A stretch of DNA of 63,750 nucleotides, counting the filler, from Octopus bimaculoides (taxonomy: Eukaryota), in assembly GCF_001194135.2 (NCBI RefSeq). It is 4 parts of 4 records of this genome, joined end to end, with 100 filler letters (N's around TTAATTAATTAA, not from the genome) between each part and the next. Parts side by side here need not be neighbours in the genome. Positions count along the whole stretch, not along the records: positions 33,821 to 61,963 come from NC_068999.1; 3 more parts are not named here. One strand, written 5' to 3'. The notes beneath the pieces are model-generated. The model had not been told where the DNA came from. It did no database searches and saw only the letters and a program-made list of their open reading frames with translations. The position numbers and the translations under genes were made by a program. Of this stretch, positions 37,375 through 49,531 are shown one piece after another (the stretch's first letter is position 1; each line of letters starts with the position of its first letter).

Positions 37375-38330
37375 AACAAGGTATTAAAGGAAAGCACCTT
37401 GCCGGGAAGATATTCTCTCGCAGTTGGCAATAATGTGGTTGATCTCTTCAGTCTTGGTCTTGTATGTCAATGTTTTCTGCCTTTTATGCTGCAGGTACTT
37501 GGTGGGGATCTCTTATTCTTGAATTGCATGGACGAAGCCTTCGATGTGGGATATCATAAACTTGTCGGTGTCCCATGCCGAGCTTTGATGCGATCAATCC
37601 CTTCTGTGGTTTGTGTTTTTCCTGCCAAGTGCCCATGTACTATCTTCTCAGAGAATTGGTTCACTTTTGTTTTTTTTTTATTTTGATAATTGGATGTTAC
37701 CAACGCTCCTCGAGGAGAGATCTGTATCAGCTCTTATTTCATATCTCTCCCTAAGTTCATTAGATCAGGGGTTTTCAAACTTTTTGACTTGCGGACCCCT
37801 TTATATTTCAGGCTTTACCTTAGGGACCCCCTTATAAACGCTTATGAAATTTATACATAAATATTTGCTTAAAATAATATATATTTTTACATTTATTTAT
37901 TTAGCAGTATTTAACAAATAGGTTTATTGTCAATTAAAAGATTTCGATTAAAAAACATATATAAAATCAAATTGCCCCTAAAAAGTATTTGCTGTCTACG
38001 GACACCCCTGTCTTGTCCTTGCGGACCACAGTTTGAAAACCCCTGCATTAGATGTATTTTATTCATTCCATGGTCACAAACTTGGGCAAGAAAGTTACTG
38101 ATCTCTTTTCTTCATTGTAGATGTTGTTTCAGTGTCACAATCCTCGCTTCATATAGCATCAATACAGATTTGAGACGACGGCTACCATCTTTCCGTGAAA
38201 GTGTAGCCTGGCTACATTTCCATTGATGGTGAAGTTTTCTGTAACACTGAGCAGCTAGCGAGTGCGAACATCTCTCTCATTGAGGGACAAACGTAGACAC
38301 GAGGACAGGCACTGCAAAAATGTTGTGGTT
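37375..38330 (-). mobile_element. R4/Dong-type LINE C-terminal fragment interrupted by a MITE
   Basis: LSRKDGSRRLKSVLMLYEARIVTLKQHLQ and ISHIEGFVHAIQE*EIPTKYLQHKR. Confidence 0.7.
37766..38045. mobile_element. hAT (Charlie-like) MITE, 280 bp
   Basis: Perfect 15-bp TIRs CAGGGGTTTTCAAAC/GTTTGAAAACCCCTG and perfect 8-bp TSD CATTAGAT. Confidence 0.95.
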
Positions 38331-38760
38331 AATATGCTTGTTGTAAACTAAGAGTTCTAATGACCACATTATCTTTGCTTTCCTGAGGCATTCATTGGTA
38401 GCGAGGTTGTGAAAGAAAGTATGATGATTTAACCATCATCCTTTAAATCTTAAGGTCTTGCAGATTTTTATAATCCCAGATATCGTGATCATTTGTAACT
38501 TATGAATTAAGGATTTGCATTCTCTCTCCAAGACTACAAGTTCAGCTGCATGTGTGTGTGTATGTATGTATGTATGTATGTATGTATGTATGTATGTATG
38601 TATGTATGTATGTACGTATGTATATGCAATGGAAGCAGTATTAAATTAAAATAGCTACCAAACATCACAATGTAAATACATCACTGAAAGGCAAGCTAAT
38701 GCAGAATTCTTCCAGAGACAATATCTCTTCTCTTATAGACGTGCTGTGTTTGCAAATACC

Positions 38761-38794
<34 letters not shown>

Positions 38795-39139
38795 ATATAC
38801 ATATATACGTTGGCCTTCTCATCATTCTCATTACTTTCCCTCCTCCTTTACTTCACTCTGTCCCTTTCCTTTTTTGCCTCCTTCTCGTCCGTCCCTAATT
38901 CTTCAATCCCTCTACCCCCTACTTCTCTCCTCTCCTTCCACGTGACCGGTGTTCGGCCAAGTCTGACCTTTCCTTCATGGTTCGACTACCATCCGTGTAG
39001 CATCTCTTATATTCCTTCCCATGACTTTCATCTTCTGTGTTTCTACCGTAAGGCTTCACTTCCACACACGCCACCTTAATTTAATTAGTCTTTAGTCGAA
39101 AGATACCTGTTGTTATGTCCTGTTGTTGTATTTGCAATT

Positions 39140-39400
39140 ATGTACCATTTCTCCGTTTTTTTTTTCGTCCTTGTTTTTGTATACATTCGCTTGCTTACTT
39201 CCAAAGAATCTAGTGCTCTTAGCTTAGATTTTCTTGGGGCCGGCCAGATTAGAGCAGTTTCGAGGGTAACCGGCCGAAACTGCAAAGATGATCTGGTACT
39301 AGACTGCAGATTTGAAAGCTCTGAATGACCCGTCCTTGTTTTTTCCTGTCCTTTTTTTTTTGTATCGTCTAACTGTCCGAATGTTTTGTTGTTGCCTGTT
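39140..39400. repeat. Dispersed repeat with internal 53-nt hairpin; inverted homolog at about 54050-54260
   Basis: The reverse complement aligns with 54050-54260 (gacgggtcattc/acggatcattc, ctaagctaa/ttaagctaa, gcgaatgtatacaa/acgaatatatacaa). Confidence 0.7.
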
Positions 39401-39557
39401 ACGTTCTTGTTCTATTTTTTGTTTTGTTTTTTTTATACATACATACATACATCTTTCATTCAACCTCTTTTTCTAATCATTCGTCATACTTGACCGCTAA
39501 ATCTACAAGTTTTTCTTTTTTTCATTCTTTCTCTCTCTCTGTTTATTTTTTCATATT

Positions 39558-39595
39558 CCTTTCTGTTAAAGAGCGTAGGCACGAACCGTAAAAGA
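39558..39595 (+). ncRNA. Degenerate minimal hammerhead-like motif (CUGUUGA core variant), copy 2
   Basis: CCTTT-CTGTTAA-A-GAGC-GTAG-GCAC-GAAC-CGT-A-AAAGA; its mutations differ from those of copy 1. Confidence 0.35.
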
Positions 39596-39689
39596 CTTTT
39601 TCATTTTCCCGAGCGTGAAACTAATACATCTGCTTGTTGTTCATACAACTGTCTTCGTCTTTTGTTTTTCTATAAATTTCAACTATTTT

Positions 39690-40190
39690 CATTTCTTGCC
39701 TTTAACCCTCCAACGCGGAGTTTAGGCCACTTATAATTGAATTCCATGTCACATAATTTTTCGCTTCTGTACTTATACTCTGCCATGAATGTCCCCCTTT
39801 CTCTAGTTCCTTTTGTGTTAATCTACACCTCGAGTTCTTAGGCCTACCCTTCTTTCTATATCCATCCGGATTCCAGTGTAAAGCACTTTTCGCTACATTT
39901 TGTGTGTCATTTTTTCTTAAATATTTGCTCCCTAATCGAAACTTGATTTGTTCTTTGCCATAGCTCCATATTGCTTATGTGTTCGGGCCATCTAATTTTA
40001 AGTATACTACGCAAGCACCTGTTGATGAATGATTGTATTTGTTTATTTGAGTTAACTTTTGTTCGCCATGTCTCAGCCCCATACAACAACACCGCTTTTA
40101 CGTTAGTGTTAAAAATTCTTATTTTGTTCTTTATTGAATTTCCACTTGCGCTCCATACTTTTTTCAACAGGTGAAAAGAAGTCCTTGCCT
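39690..40190 (-). mobile_element. RTE-clade LINE 3' fragment (another family)
   Basis: KIRIFNTNVKAVLLYGAETW...FINRCLRSILKIRWPEHISNMELWQRT. Confidence 0.9.
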
Positions 40191-40775
40191 NNNNNNNNNN
40201 NNNNNNNNNNNNNNNNNNNNNNNNNNNNNNNNNNNNNNNNNNNNNNNNNNNNNNNNNNNNNNNNNNNNNNNNNNNNNNNNNNNNNNNNNNNNNNNNNNNN
40301 NNNNNNNNNNNNNNNNNNNNNNNNNNNNNNNNNNNNNNNNNNNNNNNNNNNNNNNNNNNNNNNNNNNNNNNNNNNNNNNNNNNNNNNNNNNNNNNNNNNN
40401 NNNNNNNNNNNNNNNNNNNNNNNNNNNNNNNNNNNNNNNNNNNNNNNNNNNNNNNNNNNNNNNNNNNNNNNNNNNNNNNNNNNNNNNNNNNNNNNNNNNN
40501 NNNNNNNNNNNNNNNNNNNNNNNNNNNNNNNNNNNNNNNNNNNNNNNNNNNNNNNNNNNNNNNNNNNNNNNNNNNNNNNNNNNNNNNNNNNNNNNNNNNN
40601 NNNNNNNNNNNNNNNNNNNNNNNNNNNNNNNNNNNNNNNNNNNNNNNNNNNNNNNNNNNNNNNNNNNNNNNNNNNNNNNNNNNNNNNNNNNNNNNNNNNN
40701 NNNNNNNNNNNNNNNNNNNNNNNNNNNNNNNNNNNNNNNNNNNNNNNNNNNNNNNNNNNNNNNNNNNNNNNNNNN

Positions 40776-40850
40776 CTAACCCTAACCCTAACCCTAAACC
40801 TAACTCTAGGGTTAGGGTTAGGGTTAGAGTTAGGGCTAGGGTTAGGGTTA
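40776..40850. repeat. Interstitial telomere-like palindrome (CCCTAA)n-(TTAGGG)n
   Basis: Directly visible; centre CTAG at 40806-40809; the left side runs into a gap. Confidence 0.9.
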
Positions 40851-41371
40851 ATTGTTTCAGAATCGTTTGTTTATGTAGTCGGCACTTAATGTATATCGGC
40901 TGAATGGACGTCAGTGATTGGTTGAAATTACAGAAATACGACAACTTTAACATGGAATAATTTATGGATTTCTTTTTTTTTTAAGAAGACTAAGAGAAAA
41001 AGATGTTTTATATGACACATTCTACCAGTGTTCCAAGTTTCAAAGTGTTTCGTTAATGAAAAATGTGGCCCCCGTTTTAAAAAAGATCCAATAATTAAAA
41101 CAAATATACATCTTACAATTTGTTTCGATTCATATCCACTAGTGAATTTATAAAAAATTCACATTTATTTATATGAATCTCGTTAGGATAATATTTGTCT
41201 AAAAAATAGACAGAAATTTCATGCAAGGACTGATAAATCATAAAATGGACTGATTTAAAATATACCTATGTTTACAAGCATGAGCGTTAATAATTTAAAT
41301 ATATTATAAATATAATAAAAACAATACCGAAATTCAAATAGATAAAATAAATTAAATAGACAAAATAATTA

Positions 41372-42422
41372 CTGACCATGAATGGGAGAAAACAAAACAC
41401 AGGCAAGAATGACCGCTAAAGGGGTGCAAATACATTGAAAATACACTAGGGGTGAGATGAGATTTATAGCCATCATTCCGGTTAGAGAGCCCGTCAGGGG
41501 TAGAGAATGTAAGCAGGAGTCAGCTAGACTGGTTCTTTATCAAAGACTAGAGACGAAGTATAGATAATTATATATGTATTTCTTATTCGTCTTATCACAC
41601 TCGGATTAGAAATGTGAACAGCAAGAATTGAACCCAAGACAAAGTAAATAAAAGCAATTAAGTACCAGATATGAGAGCAGCATACCCTTATTAAAGATTA
41701 AAATTTAAACAGAGGAGGGAAGAAATACCGTTCAGAATTTAGGGTTATATAAGTGATGGTGGTTATGGTGGGGGAGGGTTGGATTGAAACTCAGATAATT
41801 AAGACTAATAATTGTAGATTGGTAGTATCTTGTGTGATTGCATTTTTCCTGGTGCAGAAATATAAAGGTAGGATATTAATATAAATACAAATACATTGTA
41901 GGTGATAGACAAACATACTTGTAACAAAAAGACATGTGTACCTGAAATGGAATAATTATTATTATAAGTAATGAGTAAGGAAGTAACGGGTAGTAGTATT
42001 AGTGTGCTAAATGTTATCTCAATTATAGAGTTCGAAGAATAAAAAAAATTACCTAATATATATCACCTAATATAGAAAGAAGAGGGTATACCCGTTTAAC
42101 CTTTAACAAGGGTATGCTCTCATATCTAGTACTAAATTGCCTTAATTTACTTTGTTTTGGGTTCAGTTCTGGCTATTCACATTTCGAATCCTAGTGTGGT
42201 AAAACGAATAAGAAATACATATATAATTACCAACACTTCATCTCTAGTCTTTGATAACGCACCAGTCTAGCTGACTCCAACTTACACTCTCTACCCCTGA
42301 CAGGCTCTCTAACCAGTATAGGGGCTATAAATCTCATCTCATCCCTAATGTATTCTTGATATATTTCCACCACTTTAACGGTCATTATTGCCTATGTTTT
42401 GTTTTCTCCCAGTCGTTATCAG
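41372..42422. repeat. Long inverted repeat: about 330-bp arms (41372-41703 and 42095-42422), about 390-bp spacer
   Basis: For example tgggagaaaacaaaac / gttttgttttctccca, gatgagatttatagcc / ggctataaatctcatc, gagtcagctagactgg / ccagtctagctgactc, collinear throughout. Confidence 0.9.
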
Positions 42423-42659
42423 CTTCGGATGGCCGATAGGCGTGTTTCCACTGCGTTCATGGAGTGTTCTTATATTGTTTTGAAATTACATGCAACATCG
42501 GATGAATACGGTTTTTTGCAATGATACAATGTACTCATTCATCTAATAAAAATGCGTAAGAAACAGCTGTAATGAACTAACATTTATCCATCGTCTGTTA
42601 TTTATTCATTTGCTTATAATACACCAAAATAGATTCACGACCCGTCGGACATCCTAGAG

Positions 42660-45088
42660 CAGAGATGCCCAACCTTTTTTCCTAGTGGGTCAAATTATAA
42701 ATTAAGTATATTCACCGGGCCACAAAGGTACTTGGATATAAACTTTTAAAAAGTTCAAAATATAGTGAAAAAATTTTCTAACAAATATAAATATAAAATA
42801 ATGTGCTATTGACATTAAAAATGAAATTACACTTACACAAAATAAAATGAATGTGAATTTTGACATTGCTTTCTTTTTATGATATTCTCAATATCTGCTT
42901 TTATGGTATTATTCTTTACTCTAAGAATGTTAGTTAAATTGCAATTACTCAGCCTATTTCTTTCAGCAGTTTTGATGTTTTTCATACACGAAAAGAACTG
43001 TTCACAACAGTATGTACTATCCCATATGCACAATAGTTTTCTAGCTAAATTGGCAATTTGATCAAATTCATTGAAAGAATGCAATTTCTTGTAAAAGTCA
43101 AGAAGGGCATGCATGTTCTCTATGATAAGTTTTCAAAGATTCTCTACTTTGAATCTCAATGAGTTCTAGCTGGTATTTGGCTGGTACTTCCACATAAATA
43201 AATGAAAATGGATCACTCAACAATTTCAGTTCAGTTTCTATCTTTCTGAAGTCAGAAAATATGGTTGTAAAATCTTCTAACAAAGCTTCACATAATTTAG
43301 TGTATTTTTCAAAGTTCACAGGAAATTCTTCTTGTCTTTTAGATAAATTCTGAAAATGTACGATTTCTCCACCCTTCAATTGTATTATGAAAAGTTCTAA
43401 TTTCTTAGTAAAACTTGTTATTCGTTCAAACATTGAACAACATAACTAGTTTTTTCCTTGTAAATGCAAATTAAGTTCAGCTAACATTTCAGTGATATCT
43501 ACTACGAAGGACAGATCATTCAGCCATTCTCCATTTGCTATAAAATCTACATTATGCTTTTTGTTTTGCATGAAGTGTTTTATTTCAGGCAACAATAATC
43601 GAAACCTATTCAATGTTGCTGCTTGTCTGAGCCATTTGACTTTTGACGTCTTCATACTCACTGCCAACTTCTATCAAGTATGCTTTAAATGCACGATGGT
43701 TCAAGCCCCAAGATCTAATAAGATAAGCAACGTTCACAATATCTGTTATCAACTGTTTCATATTTAATTTCTGAGCACAAATTGCTGTTGATGAATCAAC
43801 CAATGATAGCTAAGTATATCATGATCAACTATTTCTTTGAATAAAGTAATAAACTCATTATTTTTACCAGTTAATGCAGGAGCACCATCAGATGTAATCC
43901 AATTAATTTTAATTCTATCAACATTGAACTTTTCTAATGATAAATTAACATATTCAATTATGTCCTTGCCAGTTGTTGTACCCTTCATATGACATTTCTT
44001 CAATGATATTAGAATTGACATCAATTCCGCTGATGAAAATAACCAATTGTGCAGTGACACTTTCATCAGCACTTTCGTCCAGTGCTAAACTGTAATGAAC
44101 ATATTTAGATAATTGAATCTGTAATGTACCCACAATACTGTCAGCTAAGTCATCAATTCTACCAATTGTCTGATGCGACAGACTTGTTTCATTGAATAAG
44201 TTCACCTTTTCGGAACAATATTCATTAAAAGCAATTACAATACTTTCTTTTATTAACTCGCCATCTATCAGTGACGTTTTTTATACATATGCTAGTTTTC
44301 CCAACATGTTTTTTAAAATTGTTTTGTCGTGAACAAAGCTTCTTCAATTCATCTATTTTCATTTTCCTTCTTTCTCCGTTTAATTTGGCAGCATAGTGAC
44401 GCTTAATATTATATTCCTTGCATACAGCAATTTTATCATTACATATGAGGCAGATAATATTATCGCATGCTTCAATTACGGAATATTTTTCTGTCCATAT
44501 GATATTGAATTTTCTCTTTTCTTCTGTTATTTTTCTTTTCTTAGTATTAGATGCCATGACTAAACAATAGGCTATAAAAATTAACAATTAAAACTGTTAC
44601 GTGATCATGCTGATATTAATGTTCCAGAAATCAGAAACAAATAAAGAATAAATAGGCTCTTCCGCATAAAGCATTAGCATTAGGCTTAGCCTAGACTAGA
44701 AACACTGAAGCACCACTAAAGTCACTAACACTTGACATTGTAAACAAGGTTAGACAATAACATAATCAATATTGATCCGATATCAAAAAATTTGAAACTG
44801 AAACAATGGCTGTTGATTATGCATCAACAAAATGGCTGACTCTACGACGTAGAGTCTGCCATTCTACGTCATAAACACCATGGCCTCCCTCATTTTACCT
44901 CCCTGTATTGAGGTTTTCATTGGTCCGTTCAAAATAGCACACTCCGACAATAATTTTCTCATCATACATTATCTAAGTATATGAAAATATAACTAGAAAA
45001 TAACACATAGAATTAGAATTTGAATTGCCAGCGGGCCGCATGAAAATATTAAATGAGCCGCAATGCGGCCGCGGGTTGGACATCCCTG
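42660..45088 (-). mobile_element. Full-length hAT transposon (Charlie/SPIN-like group), 2429 bp
   Basis: TIRs CAGAGATGCCCAACC / GGTTGGACATCCCTG and perfect 8-bp TSD TCCTAGAG. Confidence 0.95.
42833..44560 (-). pseudogene. hAT transposase, frameshifted
   Basis: KKRKITEEKRKF..W..KY, CLICNDKIAVCKEYNIKRHY, LALDES, KGTTTGKDI, SDGAPAL, HWLIHQ, WLNDLSFVVD, STYCCEQFFSCMK; split over at least six ORF pieces. Confidence 0.92.
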
Positions 45089-45313
45089 TCCTAGAGTATG
45101 CCGTGTGATCAACACAACGTGCGCTTTGGACCAGCTCCTAGGTGCTAGATACTCGTAGGAGTGGTTTTCTCTGTATACACAATCTGAATACTTTACAGGA
45201 TGTACTTCAGTACCCAGAATATTTATTCGACTAAAGGTTGTGCTTACAGGTTAATTCAATCCAACCTGGTGCATATCATTGAAGTACCCGATTCTTTCCA
45301 GAATCCTTAACAT

Positions 45314-45379
<66 letters not shown>

Positions 45380-45451
45380 CATATATGTATTTATATGGAC
45401 TCTTAAATCCTTTTGATTTGTATGGACCCTTTTTCAATAATATATATATAT

Positions 45452-45747
45452 ATGGTGGTTGTCTACTCCTTAAACAGAGTTTGACCACCTCCTGCACCTA
45501 CACCTTAGCCCTTTCATGGCGTCTGATGTGGCTTTTTAAACCAGACAGTGTTTTGAAAAAACACCCACACAGATTGCACCTCTGATTTGCGCTACCAATA
45601 CCTGCAAGTAAGTTCTGCTCATTGTGGATCCTAACATGTCTTTTAAGACCCCCATTGGATTTGCAAACCCTCTGGCACACACCACATTCAAATGTGTGCA
45701 CAGACATATAATCAGAATAGCTGGGTGAGGTTTTTTTTTGGGTTTTT
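45452..45747 (-). mobile_element. 3' end of the zinc-finger-tailed RTE LINE family (second copy)
   Basis: CGVCQRVCKSNGGLKRHVRIH and CNLCGCFFKTLSGLKSHIRRH intact; nucleotide homology to 30-240; ends in (TA)n. Confidence 0.85.
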
Positions 45748-46256
45748 NNNNNNNNNNNNNNNNNNNNNNNNNNNNNNNNNNNNNNNNNNNNNNNNNNNNN
45801 NNNNNNNNNNNNNNNNNNNNNNNNNNNNNNNNNNNNNNNNNNNNNNNNNNNNNNNNNNNNNNNNNNNNNNNNNNNNNNNNNNNNNNNNNNNNNNNNNNNN
45901 NNNNNNNNNNNNNNNNNNNNNNNNNNNNNNNNNNNNNNNNNNNNNNNNNNNNNNNNNNNNNNNNNNNNNNNNNNNNNNNNNNNNNNNNNNNNNNNNNNNN
46001 NNNNNNNNNNNNNNNNNNNNNNNNNNNNNNNNNNNNNNNNNNNNNNNNNNNNNNNNNNNNNNNNNNNNNNNNNNNNNNNNNNNNNNNNNNNNNNNNNNNN
46101 NNNNNNNNNNNNNNNNNNNNNNNNNNNNNNNNNNNNNNNNNNNNNNNNNNNNNNNNNNNNNNNNNNNNNNNNNNNNNNNNNNNNNNNNNNNNNNNNNNNN
46201 NNNNNNNNNNNNNNNNNNNNNNNNNNNNNNNNNNNNNNNNNNNNNNNNNNNNNNNN

Positions 46257-46290
<34 letters not shown>

Positions 46291-46538
46291 CAAATGATAT
46301 GTGAGCATACGCATATATACATACATATATGTACATACCTACATCTACATGTATATATAGATGCATATCCGGGTACAGGACGTCAAAAAACGTGGACAAA
46401 AAAGGAACGGGAATATAAACAAAGAACCAAAAGCGGACATTTTTTACGGACAACAGAATGAACACAGGAAAACAGACAAGCCACGGATGGAACTTTTCCT
46501 TCATCAGCTGCCTCTATTCTAAACTAGGCGTTTCGAAG

Positions 46539-46569
<31 letters not shown>

Positions 46570-47001
46570 ACTGTCTATATAAATTCGACTATATTCATTA
46601 TCACACTATCTACAGGTGTATCACTATAATACAGTGCCACACTGTCTACAGGTGTAGTACTATATACGTTACCGCAATATAAATGTACTACTATATACAC
46701 TACTATATGCTATAGATGTGTTACTATATACATTGCAGTACTATCTACATATGCTCCACTCTATATATGACCATGCTACAGATTTAACACTATATAAATT
46801 GCCACGATGCAAATGGAAAAAGTATTTTTTTAAATGGTATGTACTGTGATCTTGTCCTGGGCAAGTCGGTCGAAAGAATAAAAAAGATAAGACACTCGCT
46901 AATTACACGGAACACTTCTTACAGTGGGGAATTTGTAATATTTGTTATTTCTATTGGCTGCTATTGGCAGACAAAGTGAATGAAGTATTTGTTTTAGTTA
47001 T

Positions 47002-47074
47002 TGACATAGTACACCACCAGGATTCGATCCGCTAGCCCTAATACTGCGAACACCAGACTCGGCTAACTATGTCA
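47002..47074 (-). other. tRNA-like / Pol III promoter remnant closed by a 9-bp inverted repeat
   Basis: Minus strand TGACATAGT-TAGCCGAGTCTGG (A-box-like)...GGATCGAATCC (B-box-like)...ACTATGTCA; does not fold as a canonical cloverleaf. Confidence 0.4.
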
Positions 47075-47627
47075 GGTAATACTTTATGTCGATAACTAAG
47101 AAATATTTCATGAGATCCAACCAATATTCTACTCATTTTCCAAAGACAGGTCATGGCTGAAACCTTAGAATTCTATTATCGATCAACAATATCAAATTTT
47201 ATAAACTTTACTGAACAGTTTTTGCCGAGGCAGACCAACACCAGTTTTCTTGCATTTTAGCATTTAACTTTATAGTATAAATATATCTCACTGATAAAGG
47301 TTGGCTACATGCTATATTCAATATCAATGGTACAGAGATACGACATTCGTTGTAAATAATTAGATACATAGCTTGTAGATAGGAAATCTAAATTTCATAT
47401 TTTCTCTCATCTTTATGGCTTCTCTATTATATACAAGTTTTATTACATACTTTGGTGATATAAAAGTTCACAAGGTTACTGATAACAAACCACACATATA
47501 CGAGGCTTCGTATTCTTTCTTACAGAAATGTCGCCACTTGAAAGGAAGGTGTTACCTGATTTATAAAGTTTGTTGCAGTAACTGTCTTAATTAGATTTAA
47601 CAAATCATACAGAGATATAACTATTAC

Positions 47628-47777
47628 CTTGTATGACAAGAAGTACAACCCTGACAAGTTTTCATGCAGCTTTAATTCACTGTTGATGCTACTGTAAATA
47701 CTCCTGAAGAAGGCATGACCATTACAACATCCCCATTCCTTAAGAATATCATGTGTACTACAACGATCAAAGAAACC
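47628..47777 (-). CDS. Candidate exon: GFFDRCSTHDILKEWGCCNGHAFFRSIYSSINSELKLHENLSGLYFLSYK
   Basis: Acceptor tcttatggtag, 150 nt open (phase 0/0), donor AAG|GTAATA. A second in-frame donor CAG|GTAACA lies at 47556 and an alternative acceptor ccttcttcag at 47703. Confidence 0.5.
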
Positions 47778-47840
47778 CTACCATAAGATATGGGAGTTGT
47801 GTTGCCGATGTAAATAATTTATATTATTTTGTCACATCAA

Positions 47841-48045
47841 GGTGACGAATTGGTAGAATCGTTTGCACGTTGGACAAACTGCTTAGTGACATTTCTTCCA
47901 ACTCATTACGCTCTGAGTTCAAATTTGACTTCGTCTTTCATCCTTTCGGGGTCGATAAAATGATACCAGTTGACCACTTAGGTCGATGTAATCGACTAGC
48001 TGCTACCCCTCAAAAATTGCTGGCTTTACGCCAAAATTTCAAATC
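47841..48045 (+). mobile_element. tRNA-derived SINE (second family)
   Basis: tggtagaatcg...gagttcaaat...tttcatcctttcggggtcgataaa; reverse copies at 52365 and 60320. Confidence 0.8.
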
Positions 48046-48208
48046 ATTATGTAGTCACATCAGTAGAGGCGGGACCCCACTAAAGATACTCAAGGACCAG
48101 GTGATACAGCTTGACCTGGCGGTGGTTAAGTCTACCACAGTTTCTGTCTACAAAATTATACTCAGAAAGCTTTGGTCGACCTGATGCTATAGTGTGTGTG
48201 TGTGCATG

Positions 48209-48544
48209 TGTTGTAAAGTGGGTTCCTCCCACTGGTGTGATGTGTGACTGCCGTTTTACTGTAGCTGCTGTTTTACGCTAGTAGCCACAGTAGTTACGAG
48301 TCATCGGATACCGTTGTATCTCTTCGTACCGGAATAGTAATACACTAACTTCTATCTTACTACCGCTAATAGCTCCACAAGACACCGACTAGAACTGACG
48401 ACTCTCAACTCTTCGACTCTCAACTCTTCGACTCTCAACTCTTCGACTCTCGACCCTCTCTTGACGACCGGCTACTGGTCTATTTATAATGGCTGCGTCC
48501 TACCACGTTTTATCGGGAGGGGTATACAGTTTCACTATACAACA
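48209..48544 (-). mobile_element. Solo LTR
   Basis: Inverted termini TGTTGTAAAGTG / CACTATACAACA, TATAAATAG on the minus strand at about 48480-48488, 15-bp x3 internal repeat (gactctcaactcttc); TSD not evident. Confidence 0.7.
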
Positions 48545-49473
48545 ATATATTTACAGTTGATGTCATAAGAACATGTAAACTTTCGAGAAGACGTGAAATA
48601 ATTCCTTTTTCTAAGGTTTCTAACCAAAAGGGTTTTTCAACCCAATATTTACAAGCTTTTATTTATATCTTTATAATCTGCTTCAAGATCCATTTTTCCA
48701 ATATATATANNNNNNNNNNNNNNNNNNNNNNNNNNNNNNNNNNNNNNNNNNNNNNNNNNNNNNNNNNNNNNNNNNNNNNNNNNNNNNNNNNNNNNTATAT
48801 ATATACATACATATATATACATATATATATATATACATACATACATACATACATACATGATGGCTGCCCCCTCGTCATCGAGTATGGCCATTGCACGAAG
48901 CATGTTGTTATCGTGCAGTGCCTGTGCAAGAAGGTTTTTTTAAAGTGAGGAAAGGCTGTGCACTGAGTCAATCCCACTCACTAAGCAACAGTAGCCATAA
49001 CCCGAAAAGAAGAACAATTCATCATCATCGGTAACCACTGAGCCGCAGGTTTTATGTCGGAGTTATCCCAGTTGCCTGAGTTGCCTTCTCCTAGAAGGAT
49101 GCCCTAACAAGGGCTAGGGGTCCTTCACTCCCAATGGTTTAACCGCATGATCGGGTATTCAGTCCGATTATTTCTATGTCCCCGCGCAAAAAAAAATGTT
49201 TCTTGTCTTGCGCGGGTACATACATACATGCATACATACATACATACACACAAATGTATGTATGTATATGACTTCTGTTTTTAGTTACTTAAATTCTTTC
49301 TCTCAGGAAGGACCTGGTTCTTTACGAGGATACAAAACTTCATCGTTGGAATATACATAACACAAACAATGTCATTCTAAACTTGAGGTAAGTCTTGCAT
49401 GTTTTACTGTTCTCCTTACAAATTGTGTACGTGCGTGTGTGTGTGTGCGTGTGTGCGTGTGTGCGTGTGTGTG

Positions 49474-49531
<58 letters not shown>

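Noticed and set aside
38129-38225. Strong-looking plus-strand acceptor with branch point
   Set aside because: The minus strand here is a recognisable R4/Dong ORF fragment, which explains the sequence.
40776-40850. Telomere-telomere fusion scar
   Set aside because: Wrong orientation for a fusion and only about 75 bp visible; kept only as a palindrome finding.
46488-46540. GAAACGCCTA ... CTGATGAAGGAAAAGTTCC on the minus strand as a hammerhead
   Set aside because: The two half-cores cannot be closed into consistent stems, and the upstream part is replaced by (TA)n.
46595-46800. Degenerate tandem units around ctatctacaggtgta
   Set aside because: Ordinary decayed minisatellite with no coding or structural signal.
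49176-49221. GC-rich hairpin cccgcgcaa / ttgcgcggg
   Set aside because: Single 9-bp stem with no second copy or element end to anchor an interpretation.
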